From: Eledone cirrhosa | Lineage: Eukaryota | DNA length: 64,000 nt | Assembly: GCA_964016885.1 (NCBI GenBank) | Contig: OZ024753.1 | Location: forward strand, 19,282,001-19,346,000 | Direction of reading: 5' to 3' | Shown: positions 45,703 to 64,000 of the stretch, piece by piece | Layout: each line of letters begins with the position of its first letter | Numbering within the stretch: position 1 is the first letter of the stretch | Position numbers and translations under genes: made by a program | The notes under the pieces: generated by a model | Seen by the model: only the letters and a program-made list of their open reading frames with translations | Told to the model about the DNA's origin: nothing | The model's database searches: none

Positions 45703-46168
45703 AGTTCACACCGACTGTCATCCTCCTCCGCTCTTACAGCTGCCGTCTGCACAGACTTTTGTGAGAGCCTGATCGCAATTGCATATACATCTTCGGTGAG
45801 ACGCCTTCGCTTAGACCTACTTGGATCATTAGATAATCGACCAATGAGAGTTCTTTTCTTGGAGGAGCATTGATTTTAGAAAATTAACCAGGGAGAACGA
45901 TAAATAGTGGACAAATAACGTTTAAGTAAGCCAAAAAAACACGGATATACATTTTGAAAAAATGTGATCAATCTATGTGGTCAGAGAAAGAGGGTGTGTT
46001 TTGTAAGATTTTGTGTACCAATCAAAGTTCAGGTTTTAAGTTAGGAGCAATGCAAAGTAAGTGCTAACCATTGAAAGGATACAGGCAAAAATGGCCGAAC
46101 AATCACAGCATGATACCACCATGATAAACTGGAACCTTATGACCATAAACACATTAACTAAACCTCCT

Positions 46169-46604
46169 TTAACCTGTTCAAACAGGCCGAAATTATTTCC
46201 CCTTCATTTGTTCAAACCGCCCAAACCGCCGTAACATCCACACTTAAATATCGTTCTAAAAATAAACAATACCATCATCAAAATCTCGTCAATTCGAGAT
46301 TACTGCGAGATTAGACCCTTACTGCGAAAATTAACACTTAATATGGTGAAACAACTTAAAACAACACGTGTTTTTTTAAAGTTGAAAGTAGAAGAGATTT
46401 TTTTTTTTGTATCAACATGGATTATAAAAGTAGCGATGACATTCAGAATGAACAAGAAACAAAAGATAATATTAGTGACTTATCTTCAAATGAATCAGAT
46501 GTTTACATTTCTGAAATTTCATCCGACGATGATTGTTCTTTTGAAAGTGAAAACGAATATCGAACGTAAACTTCAAAAGTTATCAGGTACTAATACAGAG
46601 TTAA
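46169..46604 (+). mobile_element. Possible piggyBac-derived non-autonomous insertion inside the Helitron
   Basis: TTAA at both ends (ttaacctgt...acagagttaa); short acidic ORF MDYKSSDDIQNEQETKDNISDLSSNESD... resembles a piggyBac N-terminus. Confidence 0.4.
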
Positions 46605-46821
46605 TGTGAACTTCAATAGATACGTCGAAGGGAGAGGCTTTTGGGGGCTACCTGCCCCTGGGAGGCCCCCACAATCGATGTACGGGAAAATAAAATAACC
46701 TGCGACGCGTAATAGGACCTCAGAAACCTATGTATGAAATTTAGGTGCAAATCGGTTGTAAAATGTTGAAATGCATGCGGTTACACAAACAGACAGACAA
46801 CTTCTGTTTTATATATATAGA

Positions 46822-47810
46822 CTAGCAGAAAACCACCCGGCGGGCGGTTTTCTGCTAGCAAATCTAGTGTATATACTTATATTGTTGAGATTTGAATGAG
46901 GAATGTTTTCAACACCACATGTTCACCGTCTCTCGGTGTGTCTTTTATGCATGTATAAATATATATGTTATCTATACGGTGAAATCTTTGAAATAAATAT
47001 GTTAAAACGAAAAAGGAGAAAATAAATAACTGGCGGTTAGAAAACAATATTCCTATGAAATTTTAATCATACCATTAGGTGTGAATAAGGAAATATTTTG
47101 TTATTGTCAAAGCAAATGTTCAAAAGTTAAACTTCAATTTTTTGAATTATTTCCAACTTTTTCATGAAATTGAACACTGGACATTGGCTGCTGGAAATGG
47201 AAATTAAATCGTATTTAATTGTATTTAAATTTCTAACCTTATTTTATTATTTATATTTTTTCAATAAGAAATAAAAAAAACAACAAAAATAATTGAAGAA
47301 AAAAATTGAACAAATCAAACGTAAGTTATGGAACTGCGCAATTTGATTAATAAATTACCTCATCAGCAGCAACCTTCTTCAAATGGTCCTTATTATCAGC
47401 AGCAACAACCACAAATTCAATGTCAACCTTCTTCAAAGGTCCTTATTATCAGCAGCAACAACCACAAATTCAATGGCAACCTTCTTCAAACCACAAATTC
47501 AATGGCAACCTTCTTCGCATGGTATCAAGTCAGAACCGCCTCGAACTGGTTACTTCTGGCTTGTGCAAGGTGTCTATATAGCAACCAGCGATTCCTTCGG
47601 CCTCAGTGACCAAAGTCAGTGGAGAGGGGAAGGTAATGTTTCTATAGCACGTGTTTTAGCGTCTATTTACACTCTCTCTCCCTCTCCCCCTCCCACTATC
47701 CCCCTCTGGTAGTCTGTCTCTTTCTTTCACTCTCACTCTCTCTCTCTACGCACGTGTTTCCACTGTCGGACAGACAGACAGAGAATTTGCTGGTTATATA
47801 TATAAGTAGA
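46822..47810 (-). mobile_element. Non-autonomous Helitron, head-to-tail with the previous one
   Basis: Minus strand starts TCTACTTATATATATAA...ctgtctgtctg at 47810 and ends with hairpin plus CTAG at 46822; carries an internal short tandem repeat at 47355-47520. Confidence 0.75.
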
Positions 47811-48450
47811 CTAGGAGAAAACCACCCGGTTGGTGGTTTTCTGCTAGTCGATATGTATTTAACAGACACACAAACACACAAACACAAACACAGACACACA
47901 CACACATATATATATATACACCCATGTTCATGTTTTGAGATGCATTAGTCTCAAATCAGATTATTATCTCTGACAGGAAGAACCAGTTTATAAATTTAAA
48001 AAAAAATTAAGCATACAGACATATTTTAGGAAACTTATGAATTCCTGTACACACACACACACACACAAACACTTACACAGATACACACAGACACACGCAC
48101 AGACAGACACACACGCATACAGACACATACGCTAACACACACATACCATACACACACTCATACATACGCACATATGCACACACGCTAACACACAAATACA
48201 CACGCACATACACATTTAAACCTATATATATGTATATATATAGAGAGACACACATAATATACATATATAATATATATATATAATATATATATATATTATA
48301 TATATATATATATAATATATATATTATATATATATATATATATTATATATACACACACACATATAACATACACCCATATATAAAACACACACACGCACAC
48401 ACATACTCACACACACATAACACACACACACATATATAACACACACACGC

Positions 48451-48487
<37 letters not shown>

Positions 48488-49162
48488 ACACATATATAAC
48501 ACACACACATATAATACACACACACATATAACACACACACACACACGCATACACACACATATAACACACACACATATATATATATATATTATATGCTCAG
48601 CCTCAGTGAGTTGGTTAAAACACCAAAAGCCAGTCTTAAAGTTGTCGTCTGTAAATTCAAAGAACTCGGATGTGTCTGGCTAGATCTCCATGGTAATTGC
48701 TCCAAGGTCGCGCGTGCCATGGCTGGGAACGCAGGTGTTACGTGCTGGCCTAGAACGCTGGTTGTTGGAATCAGTGGTCGACGACATAACATATATATTA
48801 TATGTGTGTGGAATAGTATAGATATTTCTTCGTATTTACTAACATATATATATATTATATATTATATATACATACATTATATATATATTATTAATATATT
48901 ACATACGCACATTTATTTATATATATATATATATATAAATATATATATGTATATATGTATATGTGTATGTATATATATGTGTATGTATATATATATGTAT
49001 ATATATATGTATATATATATATATATGTATGTATATATATATATATATATGTATGTATATATATATATATATATGTACGTATATATATATATATATGTAT
49101 AACAAGAAAATTATAAACGTAAACATGTCAGTATGTTTTTGAAACGGTGAGCGAGTTTGAAA

Positions 49163-49533
<371 letters not shown>

Positions 49534-49769
49534 ATGTATGTATATATATACATGTATATATATAGAGAGAGAGAGGGAGAGAAACAGGGAGATAGAGCGC
49601 GAGAGAAAGAGAGTGAGAGTAAGAGAGATGTATACATGTATACGTGTGCCTGTGTTTATATCCCAATTTATTTTTCGGAGAGCACATCCTGTCATAGGAT
49701 ATATAAGCTGCAAACATTATTTTATTTGATACGGACAGCTCCACATATATTACAGTGAGATAATTTATT

Positions 49770-50482
49770 TTAAATATAAGTATGTATACGTACATACATA
49801 TATGTATACAGACGTACAGTAGTATGTATATATATATATGTATACATACATGCACATATGTAGATATATGTACGTATGGATTCACCGAACATTTATTATA
49901 ATGCTCGGTGTGTTTGTAAACAAACATCCCGAATTAAGCCGTAGTGTCTAGCAACCATCGTTGCTCATTTGTTCAACACTGACGAAGGGACGCTGTACTA
50001 GTTTCAAGCTTATTAGGTATCATCAACGACGTATACCTTCCTGCCAGACGATTGAACATCTGAAAGTATATACTTTCCTTATGCATATTAACGGCTGAGC
50101 AGCATAATTTGCATATCGAGTGAGTTATCGACCGAGCGCACCGAAAACGATAAACGGAAAAAATAATATATTTTATTACATTAACTGTCAGTAGATATTG
50201 CACATAGTGGCTTGTTGTAACTGCGATTTAGTTGAAACGTATGACTTTCTAAACGTATGAATTTTTTAAAACGTTGCTTTAAAAGGAATTTTTAATGTAG
50301 TTTATCACTAGACGAGATGTCGTTCGGCAGAGGAAATGGCAACGATATTGTGGGTAATTTTTTGCAACCTGGCCATAGGAGTACACACATAAATAGATGA
50401 ATATATATACTTTCATACATACATATATATGTATATGTATACGTCTGCACGTATGCATTCACACACACACACATAGACACAC

Positions 50483-50560
<78 letters not shown>

Positions 50561-50723
50561 TAGTAGATATGTCTCATTTGAAATAATACACCCAATTTTC
50601 CACGTAATACTTTTAGTTATTACCCCGAACACATAATTGGGAATATAATCACTTATTTCCTAATGTTTGTTGAGTGAGTTCGAATTTGGCCGGAGTACCG
50701 CTAAAAAGCTTTCTCCGGTATTG

Positions 50724-50765
<42 letters not shown>

Positions 50766-51119
50766 TATATTATATATATATATACATATATATATACATA
50801 TATATATATATTATATATATATATACATATATATATACATATTAAGATAAGCAGAACAAGTAAAATTCAATCATTTTTTTAAAATACATTAAAAAATATA
50901 ATATAAATATTTACCTCTCCTAGTGGCCCTTACTGATCAGTTTCGCTTTGTAAAACCTCATAAATCCGATGGATTTATGATGGAAAACCAAAGCTCATCA
51001 GAGAAGCATTTTCCCTTCCTAGGGCTAAACGTCCCAGGAACGACAAAATATATAACCTCCTGCCAGCTAATAAAGGTCTATATATATATATTATATATAT
51101 ATATACATATATGCATATT

Positions 51120-51150
<31 letters not shown>

Positions 51151-51830
51151 AATATAAGTATGTACACGTACATATATGTATACAGACGTATAGTAGTATG
51201 TATATATACATACATGCAGACATATATATATGTACGTATGGATTCACCGAACATTTATTATGTTGCTCGGTGTGTTTGTAATCAAACATCCCGTATTAAG
51301 CCGTAGTGTCCAGCAAGCATCGTTGCTCGTTTGTTCAACACGGACGAAGGAACGCTGTACTAGTTTCAAGCATATTAGCTATCGTCAGTATCGTATACCT
51401 TCCTGCCAGATTGTTGAACGTATATACTTATCTTATGCATATTAACAGCTGAGTAGCCCAACCTGCATATCGAGTGGGTTAATCGGCCGGGTGCACCGAG
51501 AACGATAAACGGAAAAAATGAAACGACATTTCATTTCCCAGTCTTAGTACGGCCGTTACTTAACTATATGTATGTACACGTACATATATATATTTATACA
51601 GACACTACGGCTTAATACGGGATGTTTGTTTACAAACACACCGACCATTATAATAAATGTTCGGTGAATCCATACGTACATATATATATGTGTGCATGTA
51701 TGTATATATATATACATACTACTGTACGTCTGTATACATATATGTATGTACGTGTACATACTTATATTTAAGTAACAGCCGTACTAAGTGTGTGAAATGA
51801 AATTTCGTTTCATTTTTCCGTTTATATTAT
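49770..51830. repeat. Unclassified repeat family in direct (49770-50165, 51150-51535) and inverted (51570-51830) copies
   Basis: Shared tacgtatggattcaccgaacatttatta...attaagccgtagtgtc...cgataaacggaaaaa. Confidence 0.75.
50926..51007 (-). ncRNA. Type I HHR, family F, second copy
   Basis: Reverse complement of 30093-30174; the element spans ~50910-51080. Confidence 0.8.
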
Positions 51831-51885
51831 ATATATATATATTATATATATATATATAATATATATATATATGATATATATATTT

Positions 51886-51924
<39 letters not shown>

Positions 51925-52094
51925 CATATATCTATATCTCTCTATATATATATATATAAGTATATGTATATATATAAGAAGTAAATATATATATATAAGT
52001 ATATGCATATGTATATATGTATGTATACACACATATATGTGTATATCTATACGTATAAGTGTATATATATATATATAATCATATATATATATAC

Positions 52095-52147
<53 letters not shown>

Positions 52148-52950
52148 GAGAGAGAGAGAGGGGAGAGAGAGTGAGAGGGGGGAGATTTCCAAGATTCTTA
52201 TGTAGACACAACAAATTTTACATCCCATATTACAGCCCATATTACTTCAAAGAGGTCGAGAATCAGCAAAGATATCTAAACTATAATAAAGTAAGCAGCG
52301 CGGGACTACGTACGGGTTTTTTTTATCCCGTTTGTAAAATAAGTTGGATTACATTGAATAAATAATGAATGAATATTACATAATTTATCTATTAAATTGC
52401 GTGGCTGTTCATTAAATATATTTTATTATTTATTTAAATATTCACTTCTTTAACATTTTCAAATGGCAACACTTCATATTAATTTTCTGTCACTAATTTT
52501 CTCCTAATGCAGTTTATATATAATATCGTCTTTTTTTAAATGTATCATGGATTACGTTACTGATTACATAAGATAGTGTAACACAATCTTCGTACAATTT
52601 CTGTGTATATTGTCAATTACGATTTTATTTGATGTATCATATCTATATGTATATACACTTGCGTGTAATATACAAACTACATATACTAACAGAAAACCAC
52701 CCGAGGGTGATTTTTCTTCTAGTGACCAGTATATTTAGAGCGGTAGACTAAAGAAAGGACTGAATAGCTAAAGCAAAAGAATCTATTCGTAAACTCTACG
52801 AAGACGTCTAGAAATGTATTAAATATGTATATACGTTTTACTCTAGTGTGTAACATTTAATAACAGTCATATCGATGACGGGAGAGAATCATTTGTCAAT
52901 GTATATCTGGCAATTAGTACATTACCAGTCTGAGTGTATGTTACAGTAAT

Positions 52951-53402
52951 ACTATAGATTGACGAGGGTTCTATGTTAGAGCAATAATATAGGTTGACGA
53001 GGGTTCTATGTTACAGCAATAATATAGGTTGACGAGGGTTCTATGTTAGCGCAATAATATAGATTGACGAGGGTTCTATGTTAGAGCAATAATATAGGTT
53101 GACGAGGGTTCTATGTTACAGCAATAATATAGGTTGACGAGGGTTCTATGTTAGAGCAATAATATAGGTTGACGAGGGTTCTATGTTAGAACAATAATAT
53201 AGATTGACGAGGGTTCTATGTTAGAGCAATAATATAGGTTGACGAGGGTTCTATGTTAGAGCAATAATATAGGTTGACGAGGTTTCTATGTTAGAGCAAT
53301 AATATAGATTGACGAGGGTTCTATGTTAGAGCAATAATATAGGTTGGCGAGGGTTCTATGTTAGAGCAATAATATAGGTTGGCGAGGGTACTATGTTAGA
53401 CC
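52951..53402. repeat. 35-bp minisatellite, about 13 copies
   Basis: Unit aatataggttgacgagggttctatgttagagcaat; gacgagg at 52961, 52996 and 53031. Confidence 0.95.
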
Positions 53403-53466
53403 AATAGCATAGACCGACAAGGCTTCTATGAAAACAATGCACACACAAACACAAATATATGTACAT

Positions 53467-53657
53467 ATAGCAAAAGAGTCAGGACCCCGACGGCTGAGCT
53501 GCGGCCGTTTCGACAGATAGATCCGAACTAGCTGTCGAAACGGCAGTAGCTCAGCCGTCGGGGTCCTGACTCTTCCTATTACCCACTCTACTAGCCTAAG
53601 TATTGAGTACTTTGGTGCGTTATGGCCCACCTGGTTTCTCACCATTCTCGTTCCTAT
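53467..53657. mobile_element. Family A (short stem II subfamily) palindrome
   Basis: Centre gacagatag-atccgaa-ctagctgtc-GAAA; reverse-complement counterpart of 33411-33608. Confidence 0.85.
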
Positions 53658-53680
53658 ATATATATATATATATATATATA

Positions 53681-54262
53681 TGCAAAAGTTGTATTTAAAA
53701 TTGTTGGGATACAACAAGTAAATATTTGTATAACTGATATAAAGCACTCGACAAGTATTTGGAGTAGATATACGATATTAATAAATGGAAACTATATTTA
53801 TAAAACCATATTTATTTCATTATACATATTTCAGGGATAACAAATTAAATTATGGTATGCCTTCATCAGACAAAATACAATATATAACAGTTTTACGAAT
53901 AAGCTTTGACGTACCTTATTAAAATGCAACCATTGTTTTTGGAAGTCATCCGGATAGTGATTTGTTTATATTACTTTAATAAGTCATAGTGTTAAGGACA
54001 ATTAGAAAAAGACGGAGAGAAAGAAAAAGATGGAGAGAAAGAAAAAACGTGGAGAAATATCTGAGAGAGAGAGATGCAAGGGGAAAAAAAAGAAAGAGAT
54101 AAGTAAAGACAGGAGGAAAGGAAGAAAGCTTATTTGTAAAACTGTTATATATTGTATTTTGTCTGATGAAGGCATACCATAATTTAATTTGGTATCCCTG
54201 AAATATGTATAATGAAATAAATATGGTTTTATTAATATAGTTTCCATTTATTAATATCGTAT
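53681..54262. mobile_element. Family B inverted pair with HHRs (minus ~53813-53877, plus ~54155-54219) around a spacer
   Basis: tattttgt-CTGATGA-aggcatacca...tggtatccct-GAAA-tatgtATA-atgaaata. Confidence 0.8.
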
Positions 54263-54544
54263 ATATATATATATATATATATAATAACTGTGATATCACA
54301 GAAACTTTCTCAGTTGCTTTTATTTCTGTTTAGCTGTTTCATTCGTCTCTTTCAATATTTGCATCCCTGGCAGTCGTATCTTTCACACCAGATATATTAC
54401 GTATTACTTTATTACTACCCACTTCCTTCTCCTTATATTTATCTGTTTGTCGCGATATGTGTAGATACCTTGCAACCGTGACAACCTTATTCTTATTTAG
54501 GGTATCCAATATATCATCTTGACAATATCGTCATAGTTTTAATT

Positions 54545-54760
54545 CGTACTGTAGGTTGCATTTTCAGGGTCAAAATAGGGTTATTTCTCTCAGGAACTCC
54601 ACTACGGTAGTTTTACTGCAGACCGTAGGGTGTATTTTATAGGCCAAACTAACGTTATTTCCTCCAAGAACTCCGCTACGGTTGTTTTACTTCAGACCGT
54701 AGAGTGTATATTATGGGTTGCACTGACGTTATTTCTTGTAGGAACTCTGCTAACGTAGAA
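54545..54760. repeat. 74-bp tandem repeat, about 3 copies
   Basis: ttatttc at 54581, 54655 and 54729. Confidence 0.75.
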
Positions 54761-55719
54761 TCTTCCTTCCCTTCATGGCTGATATATTTAGAATAATGTC
54801 TCTCATTGGCTTATCATTTCTCTCCTTCAACAAATGGCTGCAGGAATCTCGATGTTCATCTTAATTGTAAAATTAATGATGAAATGGAACTTTCTCTACA
54901 TTTCTCTCCCTATGTTCCGGAAGGAGACCTTCAGGCTAACAACAATGTTGATGCTAATCCGACAGATATCCTTATTCATTTCGACTATATTTCACATTCT
55001 GCCAGGAGATAGTATCTGTAATAGAAATACGAATGGAAACATTGTTGTTTGGGTTCGATTTGACGAATTTCCCTCTTGGTTCTCGAATGACGTATCTGAT
55101 CTTGTTGATCGATTCGATCTATCAATCGATATTTATCGTCTAACTCCTTCTCATATATTTTTCCCAATTCTCATTTCTTTAATTCATACATTCAATGGTT
55201 TCATATTTTACTGTGTTACATAATTCTATAACTTTTTTTTCGTTTTGTTTTGTTTTATTGTAAACTTATGTGTATTAATGTGTTTATGATACGTGAGAGA
55301 AAGAAAGAGTGAGTGTGTGAGATAGAGAGTGTGTGTGTATGTGTGTGTGTGTGTGGCTGTGTGTGTGGCTGTGTGTATGTGAGAGAGAGAGAGTGTCTGT
55401 GTGTGTGTATGTGAGAGAGAGAGTGTGTATGTGTATGTATGTGTGTCTGTATGTCTGTCTGTTTGTATGTGTGTGTGTGTGTGTGTATGTGTGTGTGAGA
55501 GAGAGCATGTAAAGGTGAAAGATAGAACGATAAACCTGACCGGGAGAGAGACAGCTAGTCAGATAAGACGTTTTATAGGGCTTTTCATATTAATCATATG
55601 TAACATGTATTGTAAAACCGTATACAAATCATTCCTTGAACAATATGTCGACTGCTTGTTATGTATCTTGAGCGACATTACTGTTAGTATTTGGTTCATA
55701 ATATATCAATGCTGGTTGA

Positions 55720-56095
55720 TTTAGGCACAAAGCCAACAATTTTTTGGTAGAGGAAGTCACTTGAATGACCCACATAAGAATGAAAGGCAAAACAAACCGC
55801 GCCAGAATCTAATCTCAGAACCTAAAGGACTGTAACTCTATGCTGCAAAGCTCTAGCAATATTGCCAATCCACCACCATTTATACAGTAATAATGACTTT
55901 TTGCTTAGGCACGAAGCCAAGGGTAGGGAGGGGGTATGTCACCTAATCGATGCCAGTGTTTTACTGGAACAACATTTTATCGACCACATAAGGAAAGGAT
56001 GAAAGGCAGACCTCGATGGGATTTGAACTCAGTCACAACATAAAGGGCCATAACTGTATGTCACAACGCCTCTTGTCCGACGCTCTAGGGATATT
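55720..56095 (-). mobile_element. Two decayed tRNA-derived SINE copies
   Basis: ggcacaaagccaac...tgaaaggcaaa...ctcagaa...actctatg, similar to the reverse complement of the 3276 family. Confidence 0.65.
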
Positions 56096-56551
56096 GGAAG
56101 TCATTAAAATGTATTTACATCCACACATTGTTGAGCATTCTGTTATATTTTGATGTAAAACTATCAATTTCTTTCGGGTTAATTGAAAAACTACAATATA
56201 ATCAATATTTCAATAACCACACACATAAGAAACTCGCAATAATCACATTAAAGAAAAAAAATGATTATACAAGATAATTAAATAAAACTATTAATTTAAG
56301 TTTTAAAAATTATGTAAATTCAATCGCAATTGTGTTTTTAAACTAAATAAACACAAATCTAAATTGATTCATTTTCAATTTAGTTCGGATTAAAGTCAGA
56401 TATCATTGTTTTCTATTTCACAAGTAATTTCTCTTTATTTTACTTATCTCAGAGATAATACAGCTTATAAAATGTATCGTTTATTTTTTTCTCGTTCATG
56501 AAATCTGTACGTCTATATATACATATAAACCCACTTATACACACCCACACA

Positions 56552-56585
<34 letters not shown>

Positions 56586-56632
56586 TGTATAGACATCTAG
56601 ATGTATATGCATATAGCTAGGCATATAGATAT

Positions 56633-56706
<74 letters not shown>

Positions 56707-57062
56707 GTATATATATATAAATAAATTATCGAGAATCGGAATCTCGGCCCACGAAATAACGAAACACAATCATCGAAATGCATGGCAAAGGGCTCAATAG
56801 TTTGGATAAACCAGAGCTATAACTATCGTTTAAATACCAACACATAGAGACAATGCTTAAAATCATTCGCACAGCCGAAAAAACGGCAAGGAAAATTCGA
56901 GTCATACAAATAATAAAATAATAAATTAATAAATGAAATATATATATATATATAAGTATATAATATATGTATATATATATATATATGTTTATATATATAT
57001 AAATAAATATATAAATATAAATATATATATGTGTATGTATATATATATAAATGTATATATAT

Positions 57063-57272
57063 ATAGGAAAAGGTATGACCCCGACGGCAGAGCTCAAGCC
57101 GTTTCGACGGCTATTTCTGGACTAAATTAGAATGTTTTGCCTGGTAAAATTCTTTTACCAGGCTAACAATTCTAATTTATCGGCTAGATTTACACTCAGA
57201 ATGGCAAGGGTAGTAACTCTATGCGTCAAAGCATGGCGTCTGACTCTCTACCGATACTGCCAATCCACCGCC
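57063..57272 (-). mobile_element. Family A HHR 3' half with long hairpin, joined to a SINE 5' half
   Basis: 57124-57179 hairpin aaattagaat...gcctggtaaaa/ttttaccaggc...attctaattt; SINE head at 57195-57272. Confidence 0.7.
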
Positions 57273-57310
57273 ATATAATATATATAATATAATATTATAT
57301 ATATATATAT

Positions 57311-64000
<6,690 letters not shown>

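Larger units (their letters stand above)
43046..46821 (-). mobile_element. Helitron (internally deleted)
   Basis: Minus strand starts TCTATATATATAAAA at 46821 and ends ccgggcaacgccgggtacctctgCTAG at 43046, followed by T; contains a RepHel helicase region. Confidence 0.9.

Noticed and set aside
52951-53402. CRISPR-like regular 35-bp array
   Set aside because: Units are contiguous with no unique spacers, there are no cas genes and the context is eukaryotic; it is a minisatellite.

Overview
This is AT-rich, microsatellite-saturated eukaryotic DNA. The SINE repertoire and the (TA)n/(AAT)n/(ACC)n load suggest an octopus-like cephalopod (inference). No intact host gene is supportable, and nearly all long ORFs in the track are microsatellite artefacts. 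The window is made mostly of decayed transposons: a Penelope-like element (PLE) RT, several PLE GIY-YIG remnants, an R4/Dong-like LINE, RTE LINE pieces, a Gypsy-like RT fragment, a head-to-tail Helitron array with a PIF1-helicase pseudogene, two tRNA-derived SINE families, minisatellites and a ~3.4 kb tandem duplication. The main hidden structure is at least 8 sequence-distinct families of short, (TA)n-inserted elements carrying type I hammerhead ribozyme (HHR) motifs, with more than 20 intact or decayed copies found by eye. Many sit as head-to-head palindromes whose symmetry centre falls repeatedly inside HHR stem II or stem III. This suggests the ribozyme hairpins also act as the joint that builds inverted PLE termini. 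All calls were made by manual reading, so coordinates are approximate.
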